A stretch of 64,000 nt of DNA. Origin: Hydrolagus colliei (taxonomy: Eukaryota). Made by a program: the position numbers and the translations under genes. Below the pieces are notes generated by a model, which saw nothing but the letters and a program-made list of their open reading frames with translations, made no database searches and was not told the DNA's origin. Location: positions 11,222,001 through 11,286,000 of the forward strand of contig CM068755.1 in NCBI GenBank assembly GCA_035084275.1. Reading direction: 5' to 3'. Positions 12,901 through 25,420 of this stretch are shown one piece after another. The first letter of the stretch is position 1; every line of letters begins with the position of its first letter.

Positions 12901-14184
12901 TTGACGTTAACTTTCAAAATGCAGTGAACAACTGGGGTTTCTGGAATTTGTAAATTATATGTTAGTGATTGTAGCCAGCAATATTTGCTGATATTGCAGT
13001 CTTCTGTCTCAACTGATCAGCTCAGTTGGAATTACAAAGTGGTCCAGCGCAACGCTGTGCATCACTCATGTCAACAACAGGCTAGTTTCGAGAGCACATT
13101 TAAAAAAAAATTGGGTCTGTCTCCTTTTAGAAGCAGAAGTTTTCACATGATTCTTTAGATTGTTTTTTCGTGTGTTTAAATAGTGAAACAGAAAACAATT
13201 GTTGTTCATTGAGATTGTACGAGCTCTCGATTTAAAAAAAATGTGACCAATTTAATTGAAAGAGAATGCGTCTGATGAAAATACCACAATGTAAGATCTA
13301 ACAGAAAACAGCATTATAACTAATATAGAAAAGAATGGTATCAATTGCCTTGCCATTTAAAGACATTTGATACCAGTGCAGCCTGCTTTGTTCAGTCCTA
13401 TATCAGTCCAGTCTGCCAGATAGATATTGGATTATAAAGCATTTCATAGCTGGCACATAGGGGTAAAATTGAAGGTTTTACCTGTGGGCAAATTGTGATA
13501 CTGTACCAGTGTTTAATCTACATCCATCTTCAGGTAAAGATATACAGTCCAATCTTTCTTTAGTAGCCATGCAGACTACCTTTCCATCACACTTGGTAGC
13601 CCGCCAAAATGTATGTAGTCCATGATAATAATCAAGATCATTCAGCTCTTTGGTCTTTCTGGCTGTACTTCTAAGGCCAATAATGATGTCCGTATGGTAA
13701 GAATGGAACATATTTGAGCACATCTTACCATGTAAAGATTTCAGTTTCATTGCACGCTCCCAGCAATAAATTGCTTTGATTTGAAACTGCTCTGCTTCCA
13801 TATGGTAGAGAGAGAATTCATAGAGAATCCATATGAGAATTATCAAAGCATGTGCAGATTGGGGTGGACATTTACAGCAGAGTGAGCATTTCTCAATGGT
13901 ATATAAATGAATAATCAACGACATTTGAAATGTATTACGCTGGAAACCTCCTAATATGCATCCACTTCAAACAGTGTTCCCACACATCAAAACTGTTCTC
14001 TGGGCTATGAACATCTTCATTGCCACTCACTGGATATTCTGAAAGAACAAGAATCAAGAACGTTTTGCAAAACAAGAGAATGGAGAGAAAATGTACAAGT
14101 GAAAGCTTAAATTATTCTTTGGATTCAGTTTATTTACTGACTCAGAATTCATGTTTGAAGTTGAATTCATATTTTTCACCTGGT

Positions 14185-14338
14185 GACCATTTGTGGGATA
14201 TCGCTGTGCACAAATTGATGCTGTCAAGATGGCTGACAAAATTCACAGTCACTAGACATTACAGTAAATCCTGCGTTCTGAGACATCCTCCTGACACAAA
14301 AGATTATATCAAATGTAAGGATTAATATTATTATTATT
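14185..14338 (+). mobile_element. Diverged SINE 3' half
   Basis: tttgtgggatatcgctgtgcacaaattg... ending tatatcaaatgtaaggatt(att)n. Confidence 0.65.
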
Positions 14339-15877
14339 GTGAGACATCATTGGTACCTTAGAAATGGGCAGCTCATTCAAGTGAGTGTTCAAGTGAAATA
14401 TTCAAATTCTCTGCCAGCCGAGAAATCCAACTGAGCACCTGTGCTAACAGAGATACTAAACACTTATTACGATGTACAATTCAAATTCAGACCCATTATG
14501 TAGGAAAGGAAGAAGTTTGTAGACTTAATACACTTGTATTTTGCGTGATAATGGGTTAGGGGTACGGAGGTTTTGTGTTTTTAAAGAATTGCTGTACAGA
14601 AACAGATGGAATATTTTCTGTCAACTCATTTCAGAAATACACACTTGCCAATTACTCTTATGGAGCTTTATATTCTAGTTAAGATAATCTGGACCAATTT
14701 CTGCAGCCAACATGCTTTAATTTGTTAAATAACATTCGTTGCTTGATATTAATACTCCAATACTCTAAATACTGTAATGTCTAGTACTCTCATTTTCAGC
14801 ATGACTGCCAGACAGTGAAAACTATTTCTGGATTATTTCAAAACACATATGCGATAAGTGTGAAAATTAGACAGGCTTAACAAGAAAGTAAAGATTCATT
14901 GCAGAACTAGAAGCATATGGGAGTTCAATGTTGTTTTTTCACCCAGCTTAGCCAAGAAATAAATCACTGAAGTCTTTTAAAGGGGGAAAAGAGAGATGTG
15001 TAACCCTAAACAGGAAATGAATCCCAGTAGGTAGTTTAAGACTGTGCTGAAGGGCAGCAAGGTTAAAGGTACCTCCTAATTAGGAACTGTATATCCTAAC
15101 AGATTGTTGGTCACAAAAATGATTTCTGCTTGTGTAGAGAAGTTTGTGTATTCTTTCATGACTTTACAGTTTCCTTTATGTAAAAATCTTCTGGGTACCA
15201 GATGAGTGCAGTATATCACCCTCTCCAGCAATGCTAAATTGAAAGCTAGCAACTGTGGTGTTTCATGCAGTAAGTGCCAAGCCTTTATGTTTATTGCATT
15301 CTTTAATGTGGGCAAATACAAATATAATGTGGGTAACACATAATCTGGCTGCAGTATCTTGGGCATTATATCTAAGAGATATTTTACCGCACATATTAAA
15401 CAGACAGGCATAATTCAATCCATAAATATGTTGATAAAATATAGAGTTCTTCTGAGAGCTTTTATTTGCTATACATAAATCAGCTTCAATGCTTGTGTGT
15501 TACACAGCAAACCTGAATCCTGATATTTGCTGACACTGAAACCTGCTTCATGCTGAGTTTTGTCAGTTCCTGGACACACTGTTTGGAAGAGCTATCCCTT
15601 AACAGTAGAGCACAACAACGACTTGCATATAGCCCCCTTTAAGCAGGGTAGCTTGTACACTAGGAGTAGAAGAACACACATTTTCCATTTCAGTCCACTT
15701 CAAGTCAGCTCCCACCACCCTGCACAGGTGCTCAGCCAGCAATCTAAAGTGAAAGGTACGACATGGATGTAAATTAAATTGGTTTTGTATGTAGTACTGT
15801 ACGCTAACTAATCATTGGCCGCTTCACTTTCATACGCAACAAAATCTATTAGCTTGCTCATTTCTAGCTGAATATAG

Positions 15878-16240
15878 TAATAATACTCTTTGCATTTCAT
15901 ATAGTGCTTTTCACGTCTTCTAGACGCTCTGAGAAGAGGAGGGCGCTATATAAATTGATGTTTTTGTTGTTGTAGACATTTCAAGCACTTCACAGAATAC
16001 TGTAAAGTGTAAAGACTGCATATTTGTGGGCGAAATGCGGCAGCCAATTGCGCACAGCCATGTCCCGCAAACAGTTATGGATTGAAATGACCAATATATT
16101 ATTGTTTTTTTTATTTGAGGGTTTATTAGGAGGCAGGTGGAATAAGGAAACTTGCCCAAGGTTTCACCCTACTGGGAACCAAACCCAGGTCTCCTGCTTG
16201 GAAGGCGAGTGCTCTAACCACTGAGCTACAGGACTTCATC
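15878..16240 (-). mobile_element. Full-length tRNA-derived SINE (SINE2-1_CM-like) with a 47-bp nested insertion
   Basis: Minus-strand head gatgaagtcctgTAGCTCAGTGGttagagcactcgccttccaagcaggagacctgGGTTTGGTTCCc (Pol III A/B boxes), shared body and L2-like tail; interrupted at 15926-15972. Confidence 0.9.
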
Positions 16241-18227
16241 CACTATATAAGCTATGCTTCAAATACATAGAGAGTATTTTTAACAGGTTACAGTCCAAAC
16301 CATTTTTGCTTGGCTTACTATACAATTCTGTTTCACTTTGTTGTTGTAATATACTCTAGTAAATATTGACACCTTGATTGGACTTCCTGAGACTGGTTGT
16401 CTGGTAGCCCTCTATGCAACTGTACCCTGATGGATTGATATCAGTTCCTGGGTTTATGAATTAACAGCTGTGTCCTCAGAGTGGAATTCTTCCACATTCT
16501 GTGTCATTGAGGCAAAAATCACTCCCAAAGAGTGGAATATTCATCACAAATTAATTGTTCTTCTGTTAGTAGAAATGATGGACATTAAATGCGAAACGAG
16601 TAATGAAGCACATATTTTTATCTTCCTCTTCGTTGAGTTATTTTTGATACCCAATTTAAGTGTGACTTTTGTACATCTCATTGCCCTGGGCACGATGGAG
16701 ACAATAGATGAAGGGAGTTTCTCCCGCTATCCTGGCCTGATATCCCTGATAAAATTAACCATTCATTTTGTGGCTGTTTATGGGACGTTTCTGGGTGCAA
16801 ATTGATGGATGGTTTAACCAAAACCTGCTCCATTTTATGGAAAACGTGATGTGCTTTGTGACATTTTGGTATTGTTGGGGTTATATAAATTTCAGCAATT
16901 ATTATTTAATTTCTAAAATAGCTTTCAAGGGCACTGGTGTGATACAACATCAACAAAGCTACTTTTAAAGAATGTCTTTCACGTCAGGAGGACGTCCTAA
17001 GGCGCTGATAGGAAGCCCTACTCCTGAATGGAAGTAATGCCAAGGTACACATGCAATACAAGGTAAACATCTGGTTATATTACAACACAGTTTTAAAAGT
17101 TCTTGGGCCGCCCACCTTTTAGGATTATTCTTAAGAGTTTCTTTGCACTTAATAGCATTTAAGTTAACTGGAAGCGCTTGGCATTGGTTAGTGGAGCACT
17201 ACAAGTGCACCCCCCTCCCCAAACCCATGAGAATGATTTGAAGTTGGTTGTATAAATCAACCTTCCCTCTTAAATTCCCTCTACTTCTGGAAGCGATATG
17301 AAATCGCTCCAGCGGTAATAAAACATTATTTAATACAGGCTGCCGTGAATTATGATTTAACCTGTCCCACATGTGCAAAGTTTACGCATTAATTATTCAT
17401 TGTGAAAACTGAATTAAGTGCAACGGTTGTAAAAAAAAATGACTTACCTTTGATGAGTATTTTATTTTAAAAAATTTACAGTCCAAATCATTTTGTTGCT
17501 CTACATGGAGGAAGACTTGAGAATGCATTTAATGGGAATGCCCATGTTATACAATAAACAGTGGCAAATCAGAAGATGCACTGACACATGCAATGGGAGC
17601 TCAAGCACTGTGTGTTAATGATTACGGGTGAGAAATCCCTCAGTTTCTTGCAAAACTTTGAGGTCTGAAGGCTCAGGTATGAGAATATCTTTCTGCACAG
17701 GTTCCATTTATTGCACCCAGTGGCATAAAGGCTTGGGAACTGTTGCAAACATTCTCCAAAAAGGTCAGCAATGTACCGAGTACTAATAACATGCTGGTTA
17801 TAGGAGCTAGAAGTATAAAACTACACTATCGTCACAGCATCAAACACAAATGTGCAATATTTATATATTTTCTCTACCCACGTAGATTAAATATTAACAC
17901 AGCAATTCCGATTTAATACTTTGCTGCTCAATAAATAAAAAACAGACAGTACTTTTCCCTCGAGGACAAATCATGTGATCCAAAGGAAAGTACAGAACAA
18001 GAAAAGCCCATTCAGCTCATCGAATGCAGCAGGAAAGGATACTTGAGTTATTGCTAAGAGGGAGACTGACTACAGGCCCATCATAAAGGGCAGCTCAAAG
18101 CACAGCCTCTACAGGGACAGATGTTTCAGGACTGAAGGTAAGTGCAGTTTCCAGTTGCTACGATTTAACCCTTAAACCACTACAGAAATTCTTCTCTCCG
18201 GGCTGATTTTGCATTCTTCCAGCTCAA

Positions 18228-18400
18228 GCAACAACAACAATTTATATAGCGCACATCATGCAGTATAGAGTCCAGGAGGGCTGCATGGTGGTGTGATTGG
18301 ACCCCTGGCAAAGGGAGAAGAGAGAGAAAGAGAGGACCAGAGGCGTGGTCCAAGAGGTAGATGTAACGGTAAGATTTAAAGTTAGATAAGGACTGCAATG
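18228..18400 (-). mobile_element. L2-like 3' end, diverged
   Basis: (caa)n + tttatatagcgc tail followed by a purine-rich tract and ...aagaggtagatg...gatttaaag, as in L2 3' regions elsewhere in the window. Confidence 0.45.
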
Positions 18401-20639
18401 CTCGAAAAGCACACTAGATTAAAATGTTACACCCCAACAGCAGAATACTTTTAGTATGAAATATTAGACTAAATCTCCCCCCCAAAATGAAGTATAAATT
18501 GTAAGGATTGTGCTTCCTTGTAATTTAAGATGGGAATGGGAGAATCTAGGATGCCAATTAACATGTTGATCCTCCCTTGCTTATTTTGAAGTGTGGAATT
18601 AAAAAATACAGCAAAACTCAAAAGTAAGTTACTGTATTCCTCTCAAGAGAATTTTACATTTACAGTCAAATTTCTGCAGACACTCTGATACCAAAATTAC
18701 CAATAGCAATTGTAGTGTCTGAAACCTTACCGTATAATCTATGCATATTTTGACAACACAATAAATACTGTGTAATGGTGCATTTTTCGGCACATGGGTT
18801 ATCCATTTATTTCTAAAATGTATGATTTCATTGTATAAAGCACATGTCTGCAGACTTCAAATGCTTAAAATCTTCTCATAATGCTCTTCCAAGAGTTGAC
18901 ATCTTTAAGACCCTTTTCAACACCTCTGAATATGTAACATAGTTAGAAAGTGTGATTTGCAGGAAACTAGAATGCTGAAAGTAGAACAATTGTACCCTTA
19001 GCCCTGCAGAAAAAAAAATGTACATTGTTTGTGAACGACACTAATAATGTCTGTGCAGAGCAGAAATGCATTCAAACTCAACCTTTGGAAACCCAAGAGT
19101 GCTGCAGAAGCTATGAATCATTGTGAAGTAAGTTTCAAACAAACACATCACAGCTGGTGTTTATTGCTAAGAAAACGTTCATATTTTTTGAGATCTGTAT
19201 AAACATAGCTTGTGTGTGCCAAAAAGGGAAGACTTCTTTTGAAACTGAAGTGTGTGCTTTTAAGAGATGTTTAAAAGCTTTTACTTTGATTGTCTACACT
19301 GAGAGAGAATACATAAAAGATACACTTGGGCAGATGAGGAAACCAGAATTATTTCACTCAAGTCAAGGCACCTTATCAGAGGATCACACATAATTTGTGA
19401 TCCAGAGACAAATTTTTCCCTTTTTTCCCTTTCATCCTCTACTGCACCAGAGTTTTTTTTGTATTACGTGTCAATTATGCAAACATAATCATATCCTATT
19501 GTCCAGAATGATACCAAAGTCTTTATTTAAAAAAAACGGCACTTATGAGCACTCAAAGACACCAAAACCTGGGCAATGGAAATGGGAAAACATGAACTAG
19601 ACCTCACAAATTGCACCAAACGTGGACTAATTCTACTGGTCTACACTAGAAAGTTTTTTTTAAAGGACACAGAAAATATAAAGTACTGTATTTGTTATAT
19701 TCTTTAAGTACATTAATAAAGGAGATATTAAGAAAACCTGGAATTTTAACTGATGTGTCATTCACTATGTTCAAAGACACAACAGTAAATGAGATAAACA
19801 AGATACTGGGCTGTATCATTGACTGAATTAAAACCAGATCCTTAAGAAGTCATGCTCAAACTTCACAGTGAAGGATATTCACAATCAGTACCTCGCTTTG
19901 GTATTATAATCTCAGCTTTCCCAACTGCACTCAAAGATGATGTCTACTTGGAATCAAGGAATTGAGGGTGAGGGAGTTCTAATTCTGTCTTGAACCAAAA
20001 CAAGAGTAGGAGTTACGTAGAAACATAGGCCCCCATGAAGTGGACAAACATTTAGAGACTATTTTACATGGTGGAGACAGAGGAAGATCACGGAAAGGCA
20101 TATGCTGTTCAAATAGCAGACTAAATTGCTTGGACAATGTCAAGATTGCCTAAGGCTAATTCAATAGACAAATGCTGTTGCGGAATCTGTTACCACATTG
20201 ATTCATACTCTGAGTTTGAGACTCCTTTTGTTACTGAACAATTCTTGCTCTACATGCAAAATATTTCATCCAACATTCTGGGGGTGGGCCTGATTTCAAT
20301 TCCAATGTCCAGTCATCCGGGGGAGATTCAGAGAAAGCACCCCCACCGCCGCAAGGAAAAGCAAATGTGGTAATGATTCCAATAGCCGCAGTTAAGAGAA
20401 TGATTGTGTGGAAATGGAATGTCATTGATTATCCATCAATTGGCAGAATGGAGAGACCAAGGTGATGAAAAGAACAAAGATGCCAATCACGACAAAACAC
20501 AAAACATGAATTCTATGACCTCCTTGAAAATTTTCATCGAAATACCCCCAAACAATCATTTCTAAGGGCACAGTACAGGACTTCCAAAGTTTAGAAGGCA
20601 AATTAATTTCCAGGAAGGATTTTGTGATAATGGGGAGTG

Positions 20640-20830
20640 CAGATTTACTAAGATGTTATCAAGAGAAGAACAACAATCAGGAGAGATTGAATAGGTTAGA
20701 GCTTTTCTCCCTGAAGCTGAGATGATTGAGAGGTGCTCTGCTAGAGGTGTTTAAGATCACAAAGATGACGTGAACACAAATAAACTGTTTCTGGTTGTTG
20801 CTGAGTCCATAACAAGAGGGAATAAGAGTC
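20640..20830 (+). mobile_element. CR1 LINE ORF2 C-terminal fragment, decayed
   Basis: Translates RFTKML...ERLNRLELFSLKLR*LRGALLEVFKI, the CR1 ERL..LGLFSLE.RRLRGDLIEVFKI motif. Confidence 0.75.
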
Positions 20831-23087
20831 ATTAAGTGAGTCAGCTCAACCTTTGTCAGTTTCCAATCTGAAATCTGACCCGATAGTGTAGAATGCAGAA
20901 ATGTAGTAGCATTAGGAAACACATACTTACACCAGAGGACATCCAGCTGATGGGCAAATAAACAATTGAAATATGAAATAATAGGTGTTTATCAAGTTTA
21001 ATTAGATTTTACTATTCAGGCATTGTTGACAGCGACACGATGTCCCAGTGAAAATAGCAGTGATTTGAAATGGAAATAAAAAATGTGTATTCAGAATAAT
21101 AATAGAAAATGCTGCAAATCCACACCAAGTCAATCAGCTTTGCCTTTCAGAAATATAGAATTTTATGGAATTGTGTTCTTAGTGTAATCGAGGTGGAAGG
21201 TTTCATGATGTTAAGTGATTCAATTAAATCAGATAATTTTGCAAAGTGCTGCATTACATCTGCTGCCAACAGTGGAGTCATGCAATTTGGTTACTTATTA
21301 AGACGATGTTTCAGACGAATAACTAAGTAGCAAACATAATATATTCCTATACCTAGAGCCTGGCTTCAAATCCTGAATGTTAAGTTTTTATTGATAAACA
21401 GGGAGAGGAGAGAGTTCTACATGTCCAGAGTATTTATGCAGAACGTTCTTCAGAACCATGAGTAATCTTTGTGTAATGAATATTTTGCACAGATTTGGAT
21501 TGCCCAAAACATGCAGCAGTTTTTTTAAAAAAATACAATTTTGTTAACCAGATTCAGAATTATTAGGATGTAAATTACGTTGCTGTGAAAAATAATTGCT
21601 TTTTTCTTTTAAAAAAGGCACAATCAGCGTAATCCCTGCAGTTTTCCTGTTAGTGCAACACCTGGTGAATATATTGTCTACAACCATATCTTTTTGTTTT
21701 CTTATCAGTTGTTGCAGGAGCTGCTGGAAAGTGGCGATAAATATCTCTCACAAAACTGCAGGCAGCCAGTGCTGCTTGATAGGGCAGCTGAAAGCAATAT
21801 TCCTTCATTTCAGGATCAAACCAAACAGTCTGCCCTCCAAAAACACTGTACATCCCTGAAATCAGACTGGAACGGTGATCTTGAACATAGCAGGTGAAGA
21901 TTTTCGATTATCAAGAAGAGGTCAAACTGTTTTTTGAATGAATTAAAATAAAGCATTGAATCTGAATGTCGTGAAGATATAAAGTACTCTAAATAATTCC
22001 ATTTGCTACATAGTCGATGGTCAGTATATGAAAATAGCCCTTGTTATTATGCACTCTGGGTCCGAATCTCAGAAGTATACAGTACATTTAATCATATGAA
22101 TTGCAGTAAGATGTTTCACTTTCAATCTGTGCACCTGAATTAGTTGGGGGGCCCTGTGATTGCTGATTGATACAAGCTTGTCTGCTCATCAAGGAACTGG
22201 TTTCTTCCTCTTGTGAATTAGGGCTGATTATTATAATACTCCATTCCCAAAAAACAAGGAAAAATATTCGGCTGCCACAAATCTGCTTTATTTGGAACTT
22301 CACCACAGGATAACCGGACTCAAACTCAGTGTTACACAGTGAGCTCCTAAGCATGGAGTTTATCATTGCATTGTGGGCAATGGTGTGTTTTTCATGGACT
22401 TTGTTTTAGGTTTATTACAAATTCCGGGGAATAAAGGTTTGCCAAGTTCCCAAACATTAGAAAAATTGTTTCATACTTTTGGAACACATTTTATCTTGAG
22501 ACACGCCAGCAGAAGTGCAACATTGATTAATTGTTCTGGTAGACAACCGAACAATGCTGCAAACAAGCAATGTAACTTTAAACCTATACATTTGCGCATT
22601 TCAAAGTGCAAACATTGTCCTTTGTCTGTTGCACAATTTGGCCAACTAAGCTAAATATACAATCTGTCCTGATGTAACATTAATGTGTCCCAGAAATGGG
22701 TTATGTCCACAGGCCTATTTACCAAGAGTAGGTCTGGGCATGAGGCAGAACAGATGTTACCTTTACAGCAGATAATGAACCCTAGGCTTCCTGGGACTTT
22801 GCCAACAGTTCCCTTTAAGGTTCAAATGGATGATTGTCAATGAATGTACAGACACCACCTGGCAGTGCTGACGGGGGATTTATTTAACAATCAAATGTGA
22901 TAAATGGTTTCAAAATGTATTATACAAAAATCACGGTATATGACTTCAATGGAACCAACCTCAGCTGAATAAATGCATTTGCGCGCAAAGGATAATTACA
23001 TCCTGTGCCTTACTTATTATACAGATTAAGACAATGTTATTAAAGTTTCAATCCTGTCGGGAGGTTTTTCAGAACCAAACTTCAGGT

Positions 23088-23546
23088 GCTAGGCTGGCTC
23101 AATTGGTAGCACTCTCACCTCCGAGTCAGAAGGTTGTGGTTCAAGTCCAGATAGGCTGGTACTCCAATGCAGTGCATGGAGTCCACTGTATTGTTGCCAA
23201 GATTTGGATGAGATGTTAAACCGAGGTCCATCTGCATGTTCAGGTGGATGTTAACCATTCCATTGCGGTATTCGAAACGAGAAGAGTTTCTCCCGGTGTC
23301 CTGGCCAACAATTTCCCAGATAAATGCAGTCATTGACTTCAGGGTTGGCTTTGGGAAGTCCTCCTATTGTAAAACATGCTATCCATGTTAATTGTATTGT
23401 TTTGGGGACATTTTTGTGCACACATTATCCACCCATTGGCATTTAAAATACTGGCATGACACTTTTCAGTAAGTTCTGTAATGAGCTTTGAGACTTGCTC
23501 CTAGCATGAAAGTGCCATCTATAAAAGGCAAGGATGATAAGATTAT
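23088..23546 (+). mobile_element. Older tRNA-headed Deu-domain SINE (SacSINE1/DeuSINE-like)
   Basis: Head tggctcaattggtagcactctcacctccgagtcagaaggttgtggttcaagtcc; Deu-like core ggatgagatgttaaaccgaggtcc...caggtggatgttaa...tctcccggtgtcctggccaaca; decayed L2-like tail. Confidence 0.75.
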
Positions 23547-25225
23547 GTTGCAGAGGGACACAAACACTTCACTAAAAGAGATGAGTCATCGTTAAAGCAG
23601 TTTGGTCGATGCCTTTAATAATTTTTTTGTAATTTGCATCTCGCACAGGTACCACGGTGGATAAAGAAACCAAGCGGGAGCGATTAAAAAGTTAATGGGA
23701 TGAAGCTAGTAACATTCATGTGTCTGCAGAGAGCAAAGGGGACGCATGTAGAATGCTGACTGTAGAGGTGGAGCATCTGCAGGTAGCATTTTACAAAGAA
23801 AGATTGTGAAGCCTCTCAAAGACCTGAAGGATGGAAACTTAACATGGGAACAAACTAAAGACATGAAGGACACCAACGACAAGTTAGAACTTCTCGTTGG
23901 GATTTGAAACACTCTGGAGAAGTAACAATAAAGAAGTGTTTGAAATAAAGGAATATATTGAGGGACCCAAAGACTCAACGTGTACAGATTCAACACAACA
24001 CCATCCATGATGAACCTTGCTTATTTTTCTTTTCATGTAAATAAGATGTGAAGAGTTAACGGCCTAATTATGACTTTCTGTGTTTGCTTATTGAGCTTAT
24101 AATAATAATGATTTGTATGGCATTTTAATAATGATTATCCTGTTGCTATATGCAGCTTAACTGCTTTTCCTTTTCAATCTTTCATATTAAGCTTATAATA
24201 AAGTGCTAGGTGTCACACGCACCTTCTAAAACTGTAATCGTTTTACTGCCTCTGAAATATGTATACCCTCATTGCAATAAATACTTTCATTATATCTACA
24301 TGTGCCTCTACTATATTAGATTTTAAGATTGAGGCACAAAGGCAGGCAGGAGGGTGCGGGGATTATACCATTGTATGAACAATGTAAACAAATACAGTAC
24401 TAGAGATTTTATAGTAATTATAACATATGTTCTTTAAAAAATTACTTCCCGCACCAATATCTTACATAAGTGCTTTGAGCTTTCATGTCAAGAGGTCATC
24501 TCAAAGTACATCACATAACTGGCTGGTGTGGGGAGGAAGGTGGCTGAATGCGCATACGAAAGGTCTTCTTCACCATCGACTGCTTACTAATTCAGACATT
24601 ACAATGTTCAGGGCCAATTCATTGATACACATGTAAATTTATATTTCACAAATGGCATCTGTTCCTGCCTCCACCCCCATTGGCAAATTCAAAACCACTA
24701 TCGGTTGCCAAGCAACATGTCCATGTCAAGCCAGCAAACATGCACATCAACACCTGCATTAGTTCCCCCCCTTTTTCAATAAGCCCTGATAACCTTATTG
24801 ATAGTTATTACCGTAGAGTATTGATTATTCCAGCATTCCTATCGGAAGAAAGAGATAAAGGCAGAGACCATTCTTCTCCCACCACAACTAAAGGCACTTA
24901 GCCTGTAATACTGAGCCTGTAACAATCATGCATTTCAAAAATCATAGTTTTGTTAAAAAGGACATCAAATAGATTTCCTGTGTATTAACTCCTTCAAAAC
25001 AGGGGTTATGTACTCTATTTGGTTGGCTACAGTATTGCAGATTATAAGGACAGGTGTAGACTGAGATGAACACTCTTTTGTGAAATGGTGGTTTATTAGG
25101 GTTTGCAAGGATAATGTTGATTGCGTGGAAGGAAGCCATTGTTAAATTGGTGGAGCTGACTAGATGGATGAATTTTCTTAGTTTCCACTGGGGTTCAGGA
25201 AGTGTTTATGTAACACTAACCCTCA

Positions 25226-25420
25226 ATAATGATATGAATCCTTGCTTTTCATATAGCTCCTTTCACATCAGTGGGACATCTCAAAGTACTTCACAAGATT
25301 TTGCTGCAAAGCCTCGGGATTGTTGGCTCGCAGCCTACACAATAGCCAGATTTGAGCACAGCAATGTCTCACACAACAGCCAAGAATATCGGGAGAAGCT
25401 CACTGAACAGACAGTTTGGT
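25226..25420 (-). mobile_element. Diverged SINE 3' half
   Basis: aatccttgcttttcatatagctcctttcacatcagtgggacatctcaaagtacttcaca...cacagcaatgtctcacacaacag. Confidence 0.6.

Noticed and set aside
13478-13924. 148-aa ORF
   Set aside because: No recognisable domain or convincing splice signals; consistent with a chance ORF.
17448-17500. Possible 53-nt minus-strand exon (consensus donor aag|gtaagt)
   Set aside because: Very AT-rich body and mediocre acceptor; such donors occur by chance in 64 kb.
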